DNA of 64,000 bases from a virus: the IMG/VR virus record IMGVR_UViG_3300032053_000017, positions 32,001 to 96,000 of that record; one strand, given 5' to 3'. The translations under genes and the position numbers were made by a program. The notes beneath the pieces were generated by a model, which searched no databases, was not told where the DNA came from, and worked only from the letters and a program-made list of their open reading frames with translations. Positions 35,812-47,700 of this stretch are shown one piece after another (position 1 is the first letter of the stretch; every line of letters starts with the position of its first letter).

Positions 35812-37692
35812 GATGGTTAAGCACGACTCGTTCCTCTGCCCACCGCACGTGGACGACTGCGACTGCGACGACAAGGTGAACACGGTGTGCAACCCGTACT
35901 GCGTCCTGGGCTACTGTCCGACAGACGGCGCTGGCGATGAGTGCCAAGCGGACCCGAGCCAGTTGGAGAAGGTACCCTCGGGTATCGGCTTCACGTGGGC
36001 GTTCAAGAAAGGAGCAGAGCGGTGAAAGACAGACGGAGTGTGAAGCGGATCCGCGAGGACGCACGACAGCCCGATATCAGCGAGCTGCACGAGCTGGTCA
36101 GGCGCTACAAGCCAGCGTACGCCGAGGGTGGTATGCAGGACCCGCCAGGACTGCGGGGCATCCCACTGGCACGCACACCACTGGGTCCGACCAAGATCAA
36201 GGGCGCAGCTCGGAAGGTACAGGCGGCGGTGATGGCAGCAGCAACGCTGCCGTTCGCTGAGCTCATGCGCATCAGACGTGATACCGGCAGCTTTGAGCCT
36301 GGGGTGGGCACCGTTCATGACATCGCGGGCAAGCTGGACCAGACCATAGACGAGGCCATGGACAGTCTCGTCGTTGACCCGGTCAGGACCGGGCCGATCG
36401 GACCAGAAGGTCAGGTATCGTAGTGGTCATCGACATCGAGCAGTTCCTCGCCATCATCGGTGGCACTGTCCTTGCTCTAGTCCTGGGTACGGCGTTCGTC
36501 CACTGGTTCTTCGAGATGTTCAGCTGCCTCACCGACTGCTACGGCAACTGTGTAGAGTACGGGCCGGGAGCGCGACTTGTCAGGACCCTGCTGCGGAGGC
36601 ACGACTGATGGACCCAGCCAAGGAGATCTGCAAGGCGCTCGGCCTCGATGAGCTGAGCGTGACGAACCTCAAGATCAACGTACGGCCGACAGAGATCCGT
36701 GTAGAGGCTGTCGTGGTCGTCCGTGAGAGCGGCAAGCTGGTGGAGGTACTCAGGCGCTTCAAGCTGGTGCCTGACGAGCTGGCCGTGGAGCCCGCATGTG
36801 TGGTCTGCGGTGCACGGTCCTGGTGGCTGCAGCATGACGGCAGGTGCGGCAACTGCTATACCCCGGAAGTAGATGACGAGCCAGCGGTGCGTAAGTGACC
36901 GCGACCGAGCGGCTCAACAAGCGCTACCGTGAGGGGCGCATAACGGCGTGGCAGCACTACTGCCTGGTGCAGCGTCGCACGGCACGGCTGCTTGGAACGG
37001 AAGTTGGACGAGCACAGATCGCGCGCGAGGCCGCGCAAAGACTGGTGGAGCGGATGTCCAAGGACTGGCAGCCCATCAAAGACTGCGGCGAACGCGTCCA
37101 CCACGTGGCTTCGGAGCCTGACGACTAGAGGGTGAGGACGACCCTGGTGTCAAGTGGTACCACGGCTCAGGACCATGCAGATCTGGGAGCGGGGGACGCA
37201 CCGGGTAGTGATAGCCGGCAAGTTCGTCATGGTGGTCAACAAGAGGACCGGACGCTCGTGGCACATCTCACTCAAGAGGATGCGGTGCGACATGGGCGAG
37301 CACGGGTACGACCTGGTCGACCAGGTGAGGTACAGGATGTCGAAGCGGGGACAGCTGCTGTGAGCATACAGGTCGGAAGGTATATACGACGGCTGCTGCT
37401 CAAGGTCCTCCGCGTGGAGGTGGTCTTGCAGCTGGACGCGGCCAAGGCGTTCGATGTGCTGCCGCCCCAGGACCCCATGTGGGAGCGGGTCCGACAGCGG
37501 CTGGTACGCGGTGAGTTTCCGTCCAAGCGGCACAGGCTGACGGTCTACGCTATGGACACCAGCGGCAACAGCGTGGTGCTGCGGTGCGTTGACATCGACG
37601 AGGAGGTCTTCCTGGCCGACATCAAGGTGGATGCCGACCTGCTTAAGAAACTGCTCCATATCGCGAGTATCGCGCTTGGGACCGACAAGTAG
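35812..37692 (+). other. Run of small coupled hypothetical ORFs
   Basis: Short ORFs with overlapping stops/starts. Confidence 0.5.
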
Positions 37693-37715
37693 ATAACAAC
37701 CGGAGGTAAAGCAAC

Positions 37716-38084
37716 ATGCCAGACAAGCCATTCAGATTTGGACCAGTAGCGCTGACCAACACCCTGACCACCGACCTCCTGAAGGGACCGGTGCAGGCGG
37801 CGGCAGGAACGGGCATCGCCGCTCAGAACATCTATATGCTTATGCGCCATATCCGGGTCGTGAACAAGACGGCGGGTGCCGTGACCTTCAGCCTGTGGCT
37901 GGGTGCTACCGGTGGCAACGCGGCCGGTACCGAGGTCATCGGACAGGCCAAGTCGGTGGCGGCCAACTCAGAGTTCGACTGGTACGGGCAGATGCGCATG
38001 GATCCCGCTGACTACCTGGTCGGCGGTGCAAGTGCGAACACCTCTCTGACCATCCAGGGTGAGGGTGTGCTAGCCGTCGCCTAG
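37716..38084 (+). CDS. Small beta-sandwich virion/fibre adaptor protein
   Basis: RHIRVVNKT..FSLWL..SVAANS..DYLVGGAS; precedes collagen fibre. Confidence 0.55.
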   Translation: MPDKPFRFGPVALTNTLTTDLLKGPVQAAAGTGIAAQNIYMLMRHIRVVNKTAGAVTFSLWLGATGGNAAGTEVIGQAKSVAANSEFDWYGQMRMDPADYLVGGASANTSLTIQGEGVLAVA

Positions 38085-38095
38085 GGGAGCTGAGC

Positions 38096-39685
38096 ATGCC
38101 GATCCTTGAGGTTGACCCAGCAACAGCCGCGCACTACGCCTATGTGCACCGGCCGGACTTCATCAACGAGCCGACGCTGCCTCCGTTTATCTATGTGAAC
38201 CGGGGCACAAGCCGGCAGCTGCTGATCAACCTCGCAACGGTCCTGGACGAGGCGGCGGGACTTGTCGAGCACGATGCACTTGAGGGTCCGTTCGGCGGTG
38301 CTGGCAGCGCTCTAGCCAGTATCCCGGGGATCGATGGCGTTGACGGGGAAGACGGTTTGGACGGCTTCCCCGGTGCTGAGGGTGCAGCAGGTGCTCCAGG
38401 CGCTGATGGTTCAGACGGGGCGGCTGGTTTCCCGGGCGTTGATGGGGTAGATGGTACGGACGGTCTGGATGGCTTCCCTGGCGCTGCAGGCTCAGATGGA
38501 GCCCCTGGCGCTCCAGGAGCCGGTGGGGCAGATGGTACAGACGGAGCCCCAGGACTTGACGGCTTGGACGGGGCCGACGGCTCGGATGGTGTGCCTGGTC
38601 TACCTGGTCTAGACGGAACTGACGGTGTAGGCGTCCCAGGACTTGATGGTCTGGATGGGGCTGACGGCTTCGATGGTATACCCGGTCTTCCAGGTGCGGC
38701 CGGTGCGGCCGGGGCAGCAGGAGCTGACGGAGCTGACGGGGCAGTCTTTGGACTGAACCTCTGGTTTGACAACGTCGACTGCGACGTTGTCCTGCCGACC
38801 ATCACAGCCGACAACACCATCGCCTTTGTAACAGCCTCAACCCCTGACACGATGACTATCGGGGGCGGGGCAGACCTTGTGACCTTGGGGTTTGTCGCCG
38901 GGATGAAGATCAGGGTATCGGGCGGGTTGAATGACGGCAGGATCTACGTGATCCTCTCGGTCGCTGCCGGCGCGCTTACCTTCATCAGATCGACTGCGGT
39001 GGTCAATGAGGCTGCTGGGGCTGCAATATCGATCCAGGTCCAGAGGGAAAAGCTCACCCGCGTTCCAGTCTCAGGAGTACAGATAACAGAGAGCGTCTTG
39101 GTCAACAGCGACGTTCCAGAAAACACAGTTGGCGCGGCGATAGACTCCTATGTGACCCCTCCCCTGGTCCCTGGAACGGTTACTGTCCCTGCTGGACTCT
39201 GGACCTTCCGCTTCTGGGCTTACGCGGACAGTCAAGCTAGTAACTCATACATCCATTTCGTCGTCTCCAAGATCTCGGCCCTCGGGATCGAGACGGTGCT
39301 GTTTACCACCATCGCGGGTAAGACACAGATCACGTCCCTTGTGGGGAGTACGAACGCGCAGAAGAGGTTCGTCCATCCCTACGCCATGGTTACGGACAGC
39401 ACGATCTTGACTACAGACAGACTGGTGGTCAGGGTGGTGGGAACTGTTGCGACCAACGCAAGAACTATATCATTTATCTATCAGGGGACCGCGATGGCCT
39501 CTTACATCGAGACGCCGCTTGCGGTCTCCGCTCCAGCAGGACCGGCGGGCGCGGCCGGAACTCCAGGGGTCGATGGTATGGACGGCATCGATGGCCTGGA
39601 CGGTGTACCTGGTGTACCTGGTGCAGACGGAGCACCTGGACCAGGAGATGAGGTGCTGGTGCTGGCGTACGCGGTAGCACTCTAG
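38096..39685 (+). CDS. Collagen-like fibre protein
   Basis: Two Gly-X-Y tracts flanking globular domains; ends LAYAVAL. Confidence 0.85.
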   Translation: MPILEVDPATAAHYAYVHRPDFINEPTLPPFIYVNRGTSRQLLINLATVLDEAAGLVEHDALEGPFGGAGSALASIPGIDGVDGEDGLDGFPGAEGAAGAPGADGSDGAAGFPGVDGVDGTDGLDGFPGAAGSDGAPGAPGAGGADGTDGAPGLDGLDGADGSDGVPGLPGLDGTDGVGVPGLDGLDGADGFDGIPGLPGAAGAAGAAGADGADGAVFGLNLWFDNVDCDVVLPTITADNTIAFVTASTPDTMTIGGGADLVTLGFVAGMKIRVSGGLNDGRIYVILSVAAGALTFIRSTAVVNEAAGAAISIQVQREKLTRVPVSGVQITESVLVNSDVPENTVGAAIDSYVTPPLVPGTVTVPAGLWTFRFWAYADSQASNSYIHFVVSKISALGIETVLFTTIAGKTQITSLVGSTNAQKRFVHPYAMVTDSTILTTDRLVVRVVGTVATNARTISFIYQGTAMASYIETPLAVSAPAGPAGAAGTPGVDGMDGIDGLDGVPGVPGADGAPGPGDEVLVLAYAVAL

Positions 39686-39694
39686 GAGACCACT

Positions 39695-40018
39695 GTGGCA
39701 TCTACTCCGATCCCGATCAACCTTGAGGTTACGAACGCGGCGACCACACTCTACACGGCGTATGTAGGCGGTACGACCACGTCTGCCCAACTGGTGTCGC
39801 TTGACCTGCAGAATAAGACCGACTCGGAGATCACGGTTGACGTGTGGATACTGGTCGGCGCCACCCTTACCCTGCTCGCTGATGATATGCCCATCCGTCC
39901 CAGGGGCCACGCGGCCTGGCGGGGACTGGTCGCGCTGGCAGACGGCGATATCTTGAAGGCACAGTCATCGGTTGCCAACTCTGTTGACGCCCTCGGTACA
40001 GTGGTGGAGACTGTATAA
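39695..40018 (+). CDS. Fibre adaptor-like beta-sandwich protein
   Basis: TTLYTA..LQNKT..VDVWI..LADGDILKAQSS. Confidence 0.6.
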   Translation: MASTPIPINLEVTNAATTLYTAYVGGTTTSAQLVSLDLQNKTDSEITVDVWILVGATLTLLADDMPIRPRGHAAWRGLVALADGDILKAQSSVANSVDALGTVVETV

Positions 40019-40620
40019 TGGTGATGGAAAAGGGCGGTTGGTCCCTCGGGCAGGTTGGGATACCACTGGTGACGTATCCGTTGTGGGTAGCGGGGCGCTA
40101 CTATAGCTCTCCTGCAACATACACTCTGTCAACCTCCAATACTGCGGAGCGCCTTTTCACTTTTCCCATCTATGTGCCTGGGGTAAATGGGTGCGCCATC
40201 GACGAGTTGGGGCTTGAGATAACGGCGGGTGGAACTGCTGGCGGCTTGGCCCGCGTTGGTCTCTACGCTGACAAGGAGGGTATCCCTTGGGACCTACTTT
40301 TGGACGCCGGCACTATCCCTATAGATGGGGTAGGCTGGCAGCACGCAAATGTTAACGTACGGTTGCGTGGATGGGTCTGGGTAGCCATAGCCATAGGCAA
40401 GTACGCATCGAAGCCAACATACAGGGCAAGCTCGGCTCAGGTTACGCTCCTGGGCTACAACGGCACTATTGACATACGAAACATCATAGGCTATACGTGC
40501 ACGTGCGAGAACGGCAACATACAGGTTGGTCTGTACGCGCGTTTTCCGACGAATCACGAGCACACGGTCTTGCCGGGCCTCTACGGGGTATTTCCTAGAC
40601 TGATGGTGAGGGCCGCATAA
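40018..40620 (+). CDS. Fibre-tip/receptor-binding-like protein (one repeat unit)
   Basis: ARVGLYAD.G.P..LLLDAGT..GWVWVA. Confidence 0.55.
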   Translation: MVMEKGGWSLGQVGIPLVTYPLWVAGRYYSSPATYTLSTSNTAERLFTFPIYVPGVNGCAIDELGLEITAGGTAGGLARVGLYADKEGIPWDLLLDAGTIPIDGVGWQHANVNVRLRGWVWVAIAIGKYASKPTYRASSAQVTLLGYNGTIDIRNIIGYTCTCENGNIQVGLYARFPTNHEHTVLPGLYGVFPRLMVRAA

Positions 40621-41777
40621 TGTGGAGGAGAACAAAGAAGCTGGCCTTGCGGCAGGTCCCGAGCAGTGAGACGGGGGCTGTCAGAACGCCTCTTCGGGGC
40701 GGTCTTTGGACCGCACCGGCGACAGAGCAGACTGCGGGGACGTTGGTCCTTGCCGTTGACACGCTCTACGCGATGCCGTTGTACGTTCCAGTCACAGCCT
40801 TCTGTCAGGCCATCGGCATATCGGTCACGATAGGCGCGGCCGGATCTCATATCCGCATGGGTATATATGCTGACAGCGGCGGTCTACCTGGGGACTTGAT
40901 AGTAGACGCCGGCGTAGTTTCCGGCGCGGCTATTTCTGAGGTTGCACTGGCGTTGACAAACTGGCTCCGCCCCGGCTGGTACTGGTTGGCTGTCTTGACT
41001 GATGGCACGCCATCAGTTAGGGGGGTATCGCCTGGATTGTCTCTGCTGGGGCACGCTACGAATATCGACTCGACCGTTGGTAGCCCCGGAGTGTCTGTCG
41101 CGCAGGCATATGGCGCGTTGCCTACGCCCTTCACACCGGGCGCTGCTTATCTAGGGGCCAACGCCGGTCCGCGCTCCATGCTTTTGGCACTGTCAGGCAT
41201 GGAAGATGTCAGTGATGGCTGGCGGGCAACCCAGGATGTTGAGGAGGGCGAGCTTCTTATACCGCCCCACATCAGTGGCCGGTACTACGGGTCCTCGTTC
41301 ATGGTCGGCGCATTCAGTACGCGCGTCATAACACTGGTCGCTGACCAGATATACGCGATGCCATTCTTGACCGATGAGACACGGGCCTTTGACCGTATCT
41401 CGATCCAGGTAACGACCGCTGGCGCTGCTGGTACACTGGCGCGGCTTGGGATCTACAACGACAGCGGGGGGCTGCCTGACGAGCTTGTCCTTGACGCGGG
41501 AACCGTATCCGTTGCCTCAACCGGCGGTAAGGAGATCAACATCAACCAGACCTTGACGCCCGGCTGGTACTGGCTGGTCTGCCTCTCCGACGGGACGCCT
41601 ATCCTGCGAAGCTACGAGGTGGGGACCCAGTTGGGCTGGCTCGGCTTCAACACCGGCATTGATGTGACCTATCATGGCGGTATGATAGTGAAGGAGATTT
41701 TCGGCGCACTGCCAGACCCGTTCACACCCGGCGCTATCCTGGGCGCGGTACACCGCGGTATGCTGAGGGCCACCTAG
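40620..41777 (+). CDS. Fibre-tip/receptor-binding-like protein (two repeat units)
   Basis: Duplicated YAMP..R.GIY.DSGGLP..L..DAG..PGWYWL..DGTP..GALP.PFTPGA. Confidence 0.6.
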   Translation: MWRRTKKLALRQVPSSETGAVRTPLRGGLWTAPATEQTAGTLVLAVDTLYAMPLYVPVTAFCQAIGISVTIGAAGSHIRMGIYADSGGLPGDLIVDAGVVSGAAISEVALALTNWLRPGWYWLAVLTDGTPSVRGVSPGLSLLGHATNIDSTVGSPGVSVAQAYGALPTPFTPGAAYLGANAGPRSMLLALSGMEDVSDGWRATQDVEEGELLIPPHISGRYYGSSFMVGAFSTRVITLVADQIYAMPFLTDETRAFDRISIQVTTAGAAGTLARLGIYNDSGGLPDELVLDAGTVSVASTGGKEININQTLTPGWYWLVCLSDGTPILRSYEVGTQLGWLGFNTGIDVTYHGGMIVKEIFGALPDPFTPGAILGAVHRGMLRAT

Positions 41778-44700
41778 ATGAGCAGAAGTTTCTACCGTAT
41801 CGCGACCGTTGACGGTGAGGGTTCTGTCAGCCTCTTCAAGGACAGGTCTGGCAACCTCCAGATCCACACGCGCGGTGCGGTCTACGACCTCAAGGACGTC
41901 CTCCGTGGCAGCGTCTCCATAAACATGCTCGGCGCGCTGAACACGCTGGCTCGGGCTGGGCTGCTGCCAAGACTCGCGACAGAGACGGTGGGTAAGGCTG
42001 TAGCACACATCTTGCAGGGCTCAAAGTTGACCAAGGCCGCGCGGCACTTCCTAGTTACACCTGATACCGTGCCGCACTACGAGCCCAACGCGGGGCCGCC
42101 CGCCAACAGACTGCCGATGCACTATGCTGAGAACTCCGACGGACGACTGGCATACCTCGTCGAGCGTCCAGATGGTACGTTCGACGTCGAGACCCGTGAT
42201 GAGCGCAAGCCGCTTCGAGATATTGTAGGCCTGCCTGAGATCCACGTCCACATCGACCTTGGTGCCGTCGTAGACGATATGGTCAAGATACGCGAGCAGG
42301 CCCGGGAGCAGGCACGACGGCTGCGCAAGGAGCAGAACTATTCCAGCCTCGCGACCGCCCCTGTACCCGCGGCTGACCAGGGGCGCAAGGTGCTCCAGGA
42401 GCCGGGGCAGCCATTGGTACGACGCCAGCGCAGGCCGCCCGGTGTACCGCTGGGTGGGGATGCACAGGCCGAGCAGCCGCTCTACATCCTCAGGACCGGT
42501 AACAACCCGCTGGGCAAGGCGGACGAGGAGCACATCTATCTGAAGCCGGGCGAGGAGCCACCTGACAACGAGTGGGTCCACGAGGGCGAGCGGGGCGGCC
42601 ACTACTACATCCCCGGCCAGCGTGACCCGTCGGATAAGCCGAGCACTCCGAGCAAGCCTAGCCCGTTCAAGCGGCCGGAAGACGCCCAGAACCGGGAGTT
42701 CTTGGCGCTGATCAACCGGATCGTTGAGGGCGATATAAGCACGGGTCAGCTCAGGTACGCCACACAGAACATGAGTGAGGGCGCGCTTGAAGACGCTATC
42801 TACACGCTTGGCGAGTACCAGGAGCAGCTGACAGCCACCGGCAGTGCGGGTCGGTACAGCGCTGCGCGCGACATCCTCGGGCAGGAGCTTAGTGAGCGGC
42901 GCAGGCACAAGCACGAGCAGCTCGTGCTGAGCGTCGGACTTGGTGATATGCCGCTGGGCAAGTTTGCTGACATCATCAGCAGTTTTACCGATTTGGAGCT
43001 TGACAGCCTCAAGGGCTACGTGCTCCCGATGCAGCTGCAGATTATGGAGACGCGCAAGGCCAAGAAGCTGCTTAAGGACGCGCTCAGGAGTGTCAACTGG
43101 ACGATCGGCTCGCGTGAACGGACCTACCTCCACGGCACGACCGAGGCGAACCTTAAGGCGATCTTAAAGGTTGGCCTGCTAACCAATAAGACAGCGTCCA
43201 ACTTCGGCATCTCCAAGAAGGGGGTCGTCTATCTGAGCCCCTCGACCCCGGTGGGCAGGGAGCTGTCGCTTACGGTCGGGGCTGCTGCTGCCATCATGCA
43301 CAACCAGCGCAGGTTCGCGCTACTGAACGTCAAGACAGCTGCCTCGGACATCCAGACGGACCCTGACGCGGGCTTCGCGGGCGCTGTGCTCACCAGGAAG
43401 AATGTGCCGGCGCAGGCGGTAACGAGCTACGAGATCTACGATGTCAAGGACTTTGGGGAGCTCTACACGGATGCGATGGCTCAGCGCGATAAGGCGCTTG
43501 CTGAGGGTAAGAAGGTCGGTGGCCTCGACTGGGTCAGAAACTTCGTCGACTCGTTCGAGGGGTACGTGCTGGACCACGGTATGCCGAATCCGGTCCGTGA
43601 GGTCGATCTGAGCCGCAGGCACAAGGCAGCTGCGGGCGGCATGTTTGTCGCGCCGGCTACAGTCGACACTATCAGGAGCCTGCACCAGGCGCTCGACAAC
43701 ATCGAGAAGCAGGGTTTCACCCACGAGCACGACGGCTACCCCAGGCACCCGATAGGCGTGAAGCACCACGACGAGTACTTCCGCGACCGCGGTGAGACAG
43801 CCGATACAGCCAAGCCCTATGCGCAGCCTGAGGGGCCCTCGACAGGGGTGGCAGAGCCCCAGCAGGTCAGTGAGCACGCTGAGGTCGAGCTGACGCGCTG
43901 GTGGGAGGACCTGAACAGGAAGCGCCATCAGCACGGCGCTGAGCCGACAGACAATATGGTCATCTCGGCGAACGACAAGGGTGAGGCCGGCGAGCTGGCA
44001 CGACTGCTGTGGGACGAGGTCCACCCGCTCCCGGCGACGGAGGAGTTCGCGCCCGGCGAGGGCAGGGTCGGCCACTTCAAGGTCAGGACACGGCAGGTGG
44101 ACACCCTGCGGAACGTCACGATCTTCGAGGAGGTCAAGGACCCGGGCAAGGGGCTGACACCGAAGCTGCGCGCGCGACTCGATGAGCGGGAGCGGCGACG
44201 ACGTGTCGAGCAGGACAAGGTAGCACAGACACACGGACTGCAGCCCATGTTCACCCCGGACGGAAGGCACAGGCTTACTGATGGTAGGTCTATACCTCCG
44301 GAGGATTCTCGGGCACCAGAGGGAATTGGGGGGACGTCTGGCGTATCTGAGAAGAGCACCCAAAAACGGGATATCACCGGGGCGTCGCCCGAGGTGTTGA
44401 AGCACCCAGGCCACGATGACCAGAGCGTCCACGATCCACGGAGCAAGGCCTCGGAGGCTGGCAAGCGGGTAGCGATCCCCAAGGCTCTACGGGACGCCGT
44501 CTTGGGCGACGCGCCCATCTGTGCGTTCTGCGGCACGTCCAAGGGGCCATTCCACGCCGACCACATCGTGCCCGTCAAGGTGGGTGGCAAGAACTTGAAG
44601 ATCAACCTGCAGCCGGCGTGCAGGGCGTGTAACCTAGCACGGCGTGCGAAGGACCCGTCGCAGAAGCTCGACTGGATCAAGTACAGTCAGCGGCAGATGC

Positions 44701-47700
44701 GGGAGATCATGCAGCAGGTGCTCGCCAGGCCGCGTGTCAACCACATGCTGAAGATGTGGGGGGATACGCTCTACCTGTCGGTGCCCAGCCCCGAGCTGGA
44801 GGCTATGCTGCGGAAGCACCCCGGACACGATGATCAGAGCGTCCACGGCAAGAAGGGCAGCGGCACGCCAAAGATGCCAGGCCCAGAGTGGAGCCCAGGT
44901 AGGGGCATGGCCTACCACGTCCTGCCAACACACGAGCTTGCGAGCATCAGACAGCGGGGCGTCAGGCCCGGCTCCCACAGCGAGGGGTACAAGCTGCCAC
45001 GCGTGTTCGTGTTCACCAACCCGGACGAGGCCGAGTGGTACGCGGACATGCAGGCCGACGACGCTGAGAGCGAGGGCATCACAGCTCCCAATGGCGAGCG
45101 CATCAGGATGCAGGTTCTGCCGGTCGATATCACCGGCCTGCCGACGATGCACGACGATACGCTGCGGCCCAACGATGAAGAGGAGACCACAGCACTGCAG
45201 GTGGCTTATGGCATCCCCTCGAGTCGCATCAGAAAGCACAACACGCCGCGCAGCCCGCACCGGCTCCACGACCCCCGGGTCAGGGCCAAGGAGGAGACGC
45301 GCTTCAAGGAGCAGGCGCGACGTGAGCAGGAGGCCGCCGGCCAGGTCGAGAGGGTCGACGACGAGATGCACGCGAGCTTCAGGGCACTGGGCCTCAAGCG
45401 CACTACCAGGGTGCCGGTCGAGCGTGGCCCGTTGGACCGTAAGGCGTGGCGCGCGATCAGACACAACATCGACGCCCACATCTCAGAGCACGCAGCGTAC
45501 ATGACACAGGACACACAGAAGATGACCAGGCGCGAGCTCAGCAGGCAGCTCGGCTTGTTCATCAGAACGGGCATGGCCAAGGATGCTAGACTGCTGGATG
45601 CCTATATGGACCACGCGACCGACGCGCTCGCCTACCAGGAGCTGCACGCGTGGCGGCGCCAGCTCGGGGACCATGGCATCAGGCACATCACCGAGGACCA
45701 GCGCCTGACGGACGAGATGCTGCGGGAGCTGGGCGGCACGGTCGGGCACGTGAGCAGCAGGGAACGCCTGCTGGCAGCCATCGCGCTGACGTATCACGAC
45801 ATCGGCTACACGGCCAAGCCCGCGCGTGAGACCTTCGCCGGCACAAAGCTGCACCAGGTCTACAGCGCTCAGTTTGTCAGACAGCAGCCCATCTTGCAGA
45901 AACTACTGGGCGATGATATGAATAGGGTCTGCGACTGGATCGAGACGCACCAGGACAGCGACATCGACTGGGCTGAGGATCCTGTAGGTTCGTCTATCAG
46001 ACTGTCGGACAATTTGGCCTTGTTCGCCCGTGAGAAGCTGCCGGCGTTGTTCAGATATGTGCCGGGCGCGGTCGAGGAGCTGAAGGCGATGGCCATCGAC
46101 CTGCAGAGTGGCAAGGCTGACCACGTCAAGCGTCGGAAGGCTAAGCTACGGAGCATGGTCGAGGGGGCACGTCTTGCGCCAGGCATGAAGCGCAACCTTA
46201 TGAACGCGGTGGACGACATCTTCCAGCTTACACCGAAGTTCACGCTTGGGATGCTGGCTGGCCACACGCTGCAGCCCAAGTTCGATGGCCAGACGATGCA
46301 CATCCCGATCCAGTACAGCGCGTTCGCTAAGACGCTCCAGGACCTGTTCCAGATGGGGCAGGAGCAGTTCATCAAGCTGGGCGACTCGTACGGACTGAAG
46401 CCGGCGGATGTGGACAAGGGGGAGTTCACCTTCACAAACAAGCACGGCATCCCGGTGCTTCACTGCAAGGTGGTGGGTGCACCGAGCGGTGTGTTCAAGC
46501 ACCTGCCGGACCAGCACGACCAGGCCGACCATGGAAGCGACGGGGAGGGCGAGAAGCCTAAGACGCCCTACCACCGCTGGCTGCACAGGGACGAGCTTGA
46601 CCAGGCCACCTTCGAGAAGCCGGGGTTCCCCGACATCAGGCGTGGCTACAAGTGTGACAGCGACGGCAGGGTCCAGGGCGCGCACACATTCTACCACGGC
46701 ACAAGCGCCGAGAGCGCAGCGAAGATCCTGCACGAGGGGCTGCGGGACGAGAGCTGGCTCGCTGAAGAGCCGTCGGTCTCGACCCACTTCGCGCGGGTCC
46801 AAGCTAAGCACCACGGTGGGAAGAGGGACCGGGGTGTCCTGTTCGCGGTGCATGTCTCCTCGGGGGCAGCCCTGGACATGGACGCGGCCAACGAGGCCGG
46901 GATCGGCTTCAAGACGTTGGGCAATATCTCGCCGGACAACATCGAGGTGCTGGGCGCGGTCATATCGGTTGAGGGCGGCCGAGTGTATGTCGAGCTCAAC
47001 GAGGAGCTCAACAACCAGCTCAGCAAGCACCTCCCCGGTGAGCACAGGCAGGAGGACCACGGCACGCCTGCACCGCCTGACCCGCCGAAGCCGCTCGAGC
47101 TGCTGACGAACGATGAGTATCACAGGTGGATCAGGCCCTGGCTCCAGCAGGCGGAGGATGACGCCATGAAGGCGGCTGGAGCTACACAGGAAGGTTCGGA
47201 CAAGTGGTATGAGATCCGCGACAAGTTCCGGCCTCTGGAGCGCGAGAACTATGAGAAGTGGCGCAAGGCCGTGGAGGGGCGCAAGCTTACACCGACACCT
47301 GGGGTGCCGCTGAAGCCGACGCCCAAGTACCGTGAGGCGATCCGCGCGTGGGCGACCGCTGAAGAGAAGAAGCACGGTGGTGTCATTGGGTCACCAGACG
47401 GTGTCGTCATCCTGAGCTCGCCCTACCGTGCGACCGACGAGACCGACGCGATGGCCGAGTACATGGAGAAACGGTCGAGCAGGGAGTCGATGGTCCGAGC
47501 GCTATCATCGCAGACAAGCTGGAACATGGGCGGGGGCTGGGCCGAGTGGGCAGCGGCTGCCAAGATCGTAGGCCGGGAACTGCCGAAACAGTCTGGGGGG
47601 TTCTATCACAGGGATGAGCCGGAGCTTTCGGACGACGACCTCAAAGCGTATGAGGCGCGCGCGGAGTTTATCCAAGCCCGCATCCGCGAACGGTACGGCG

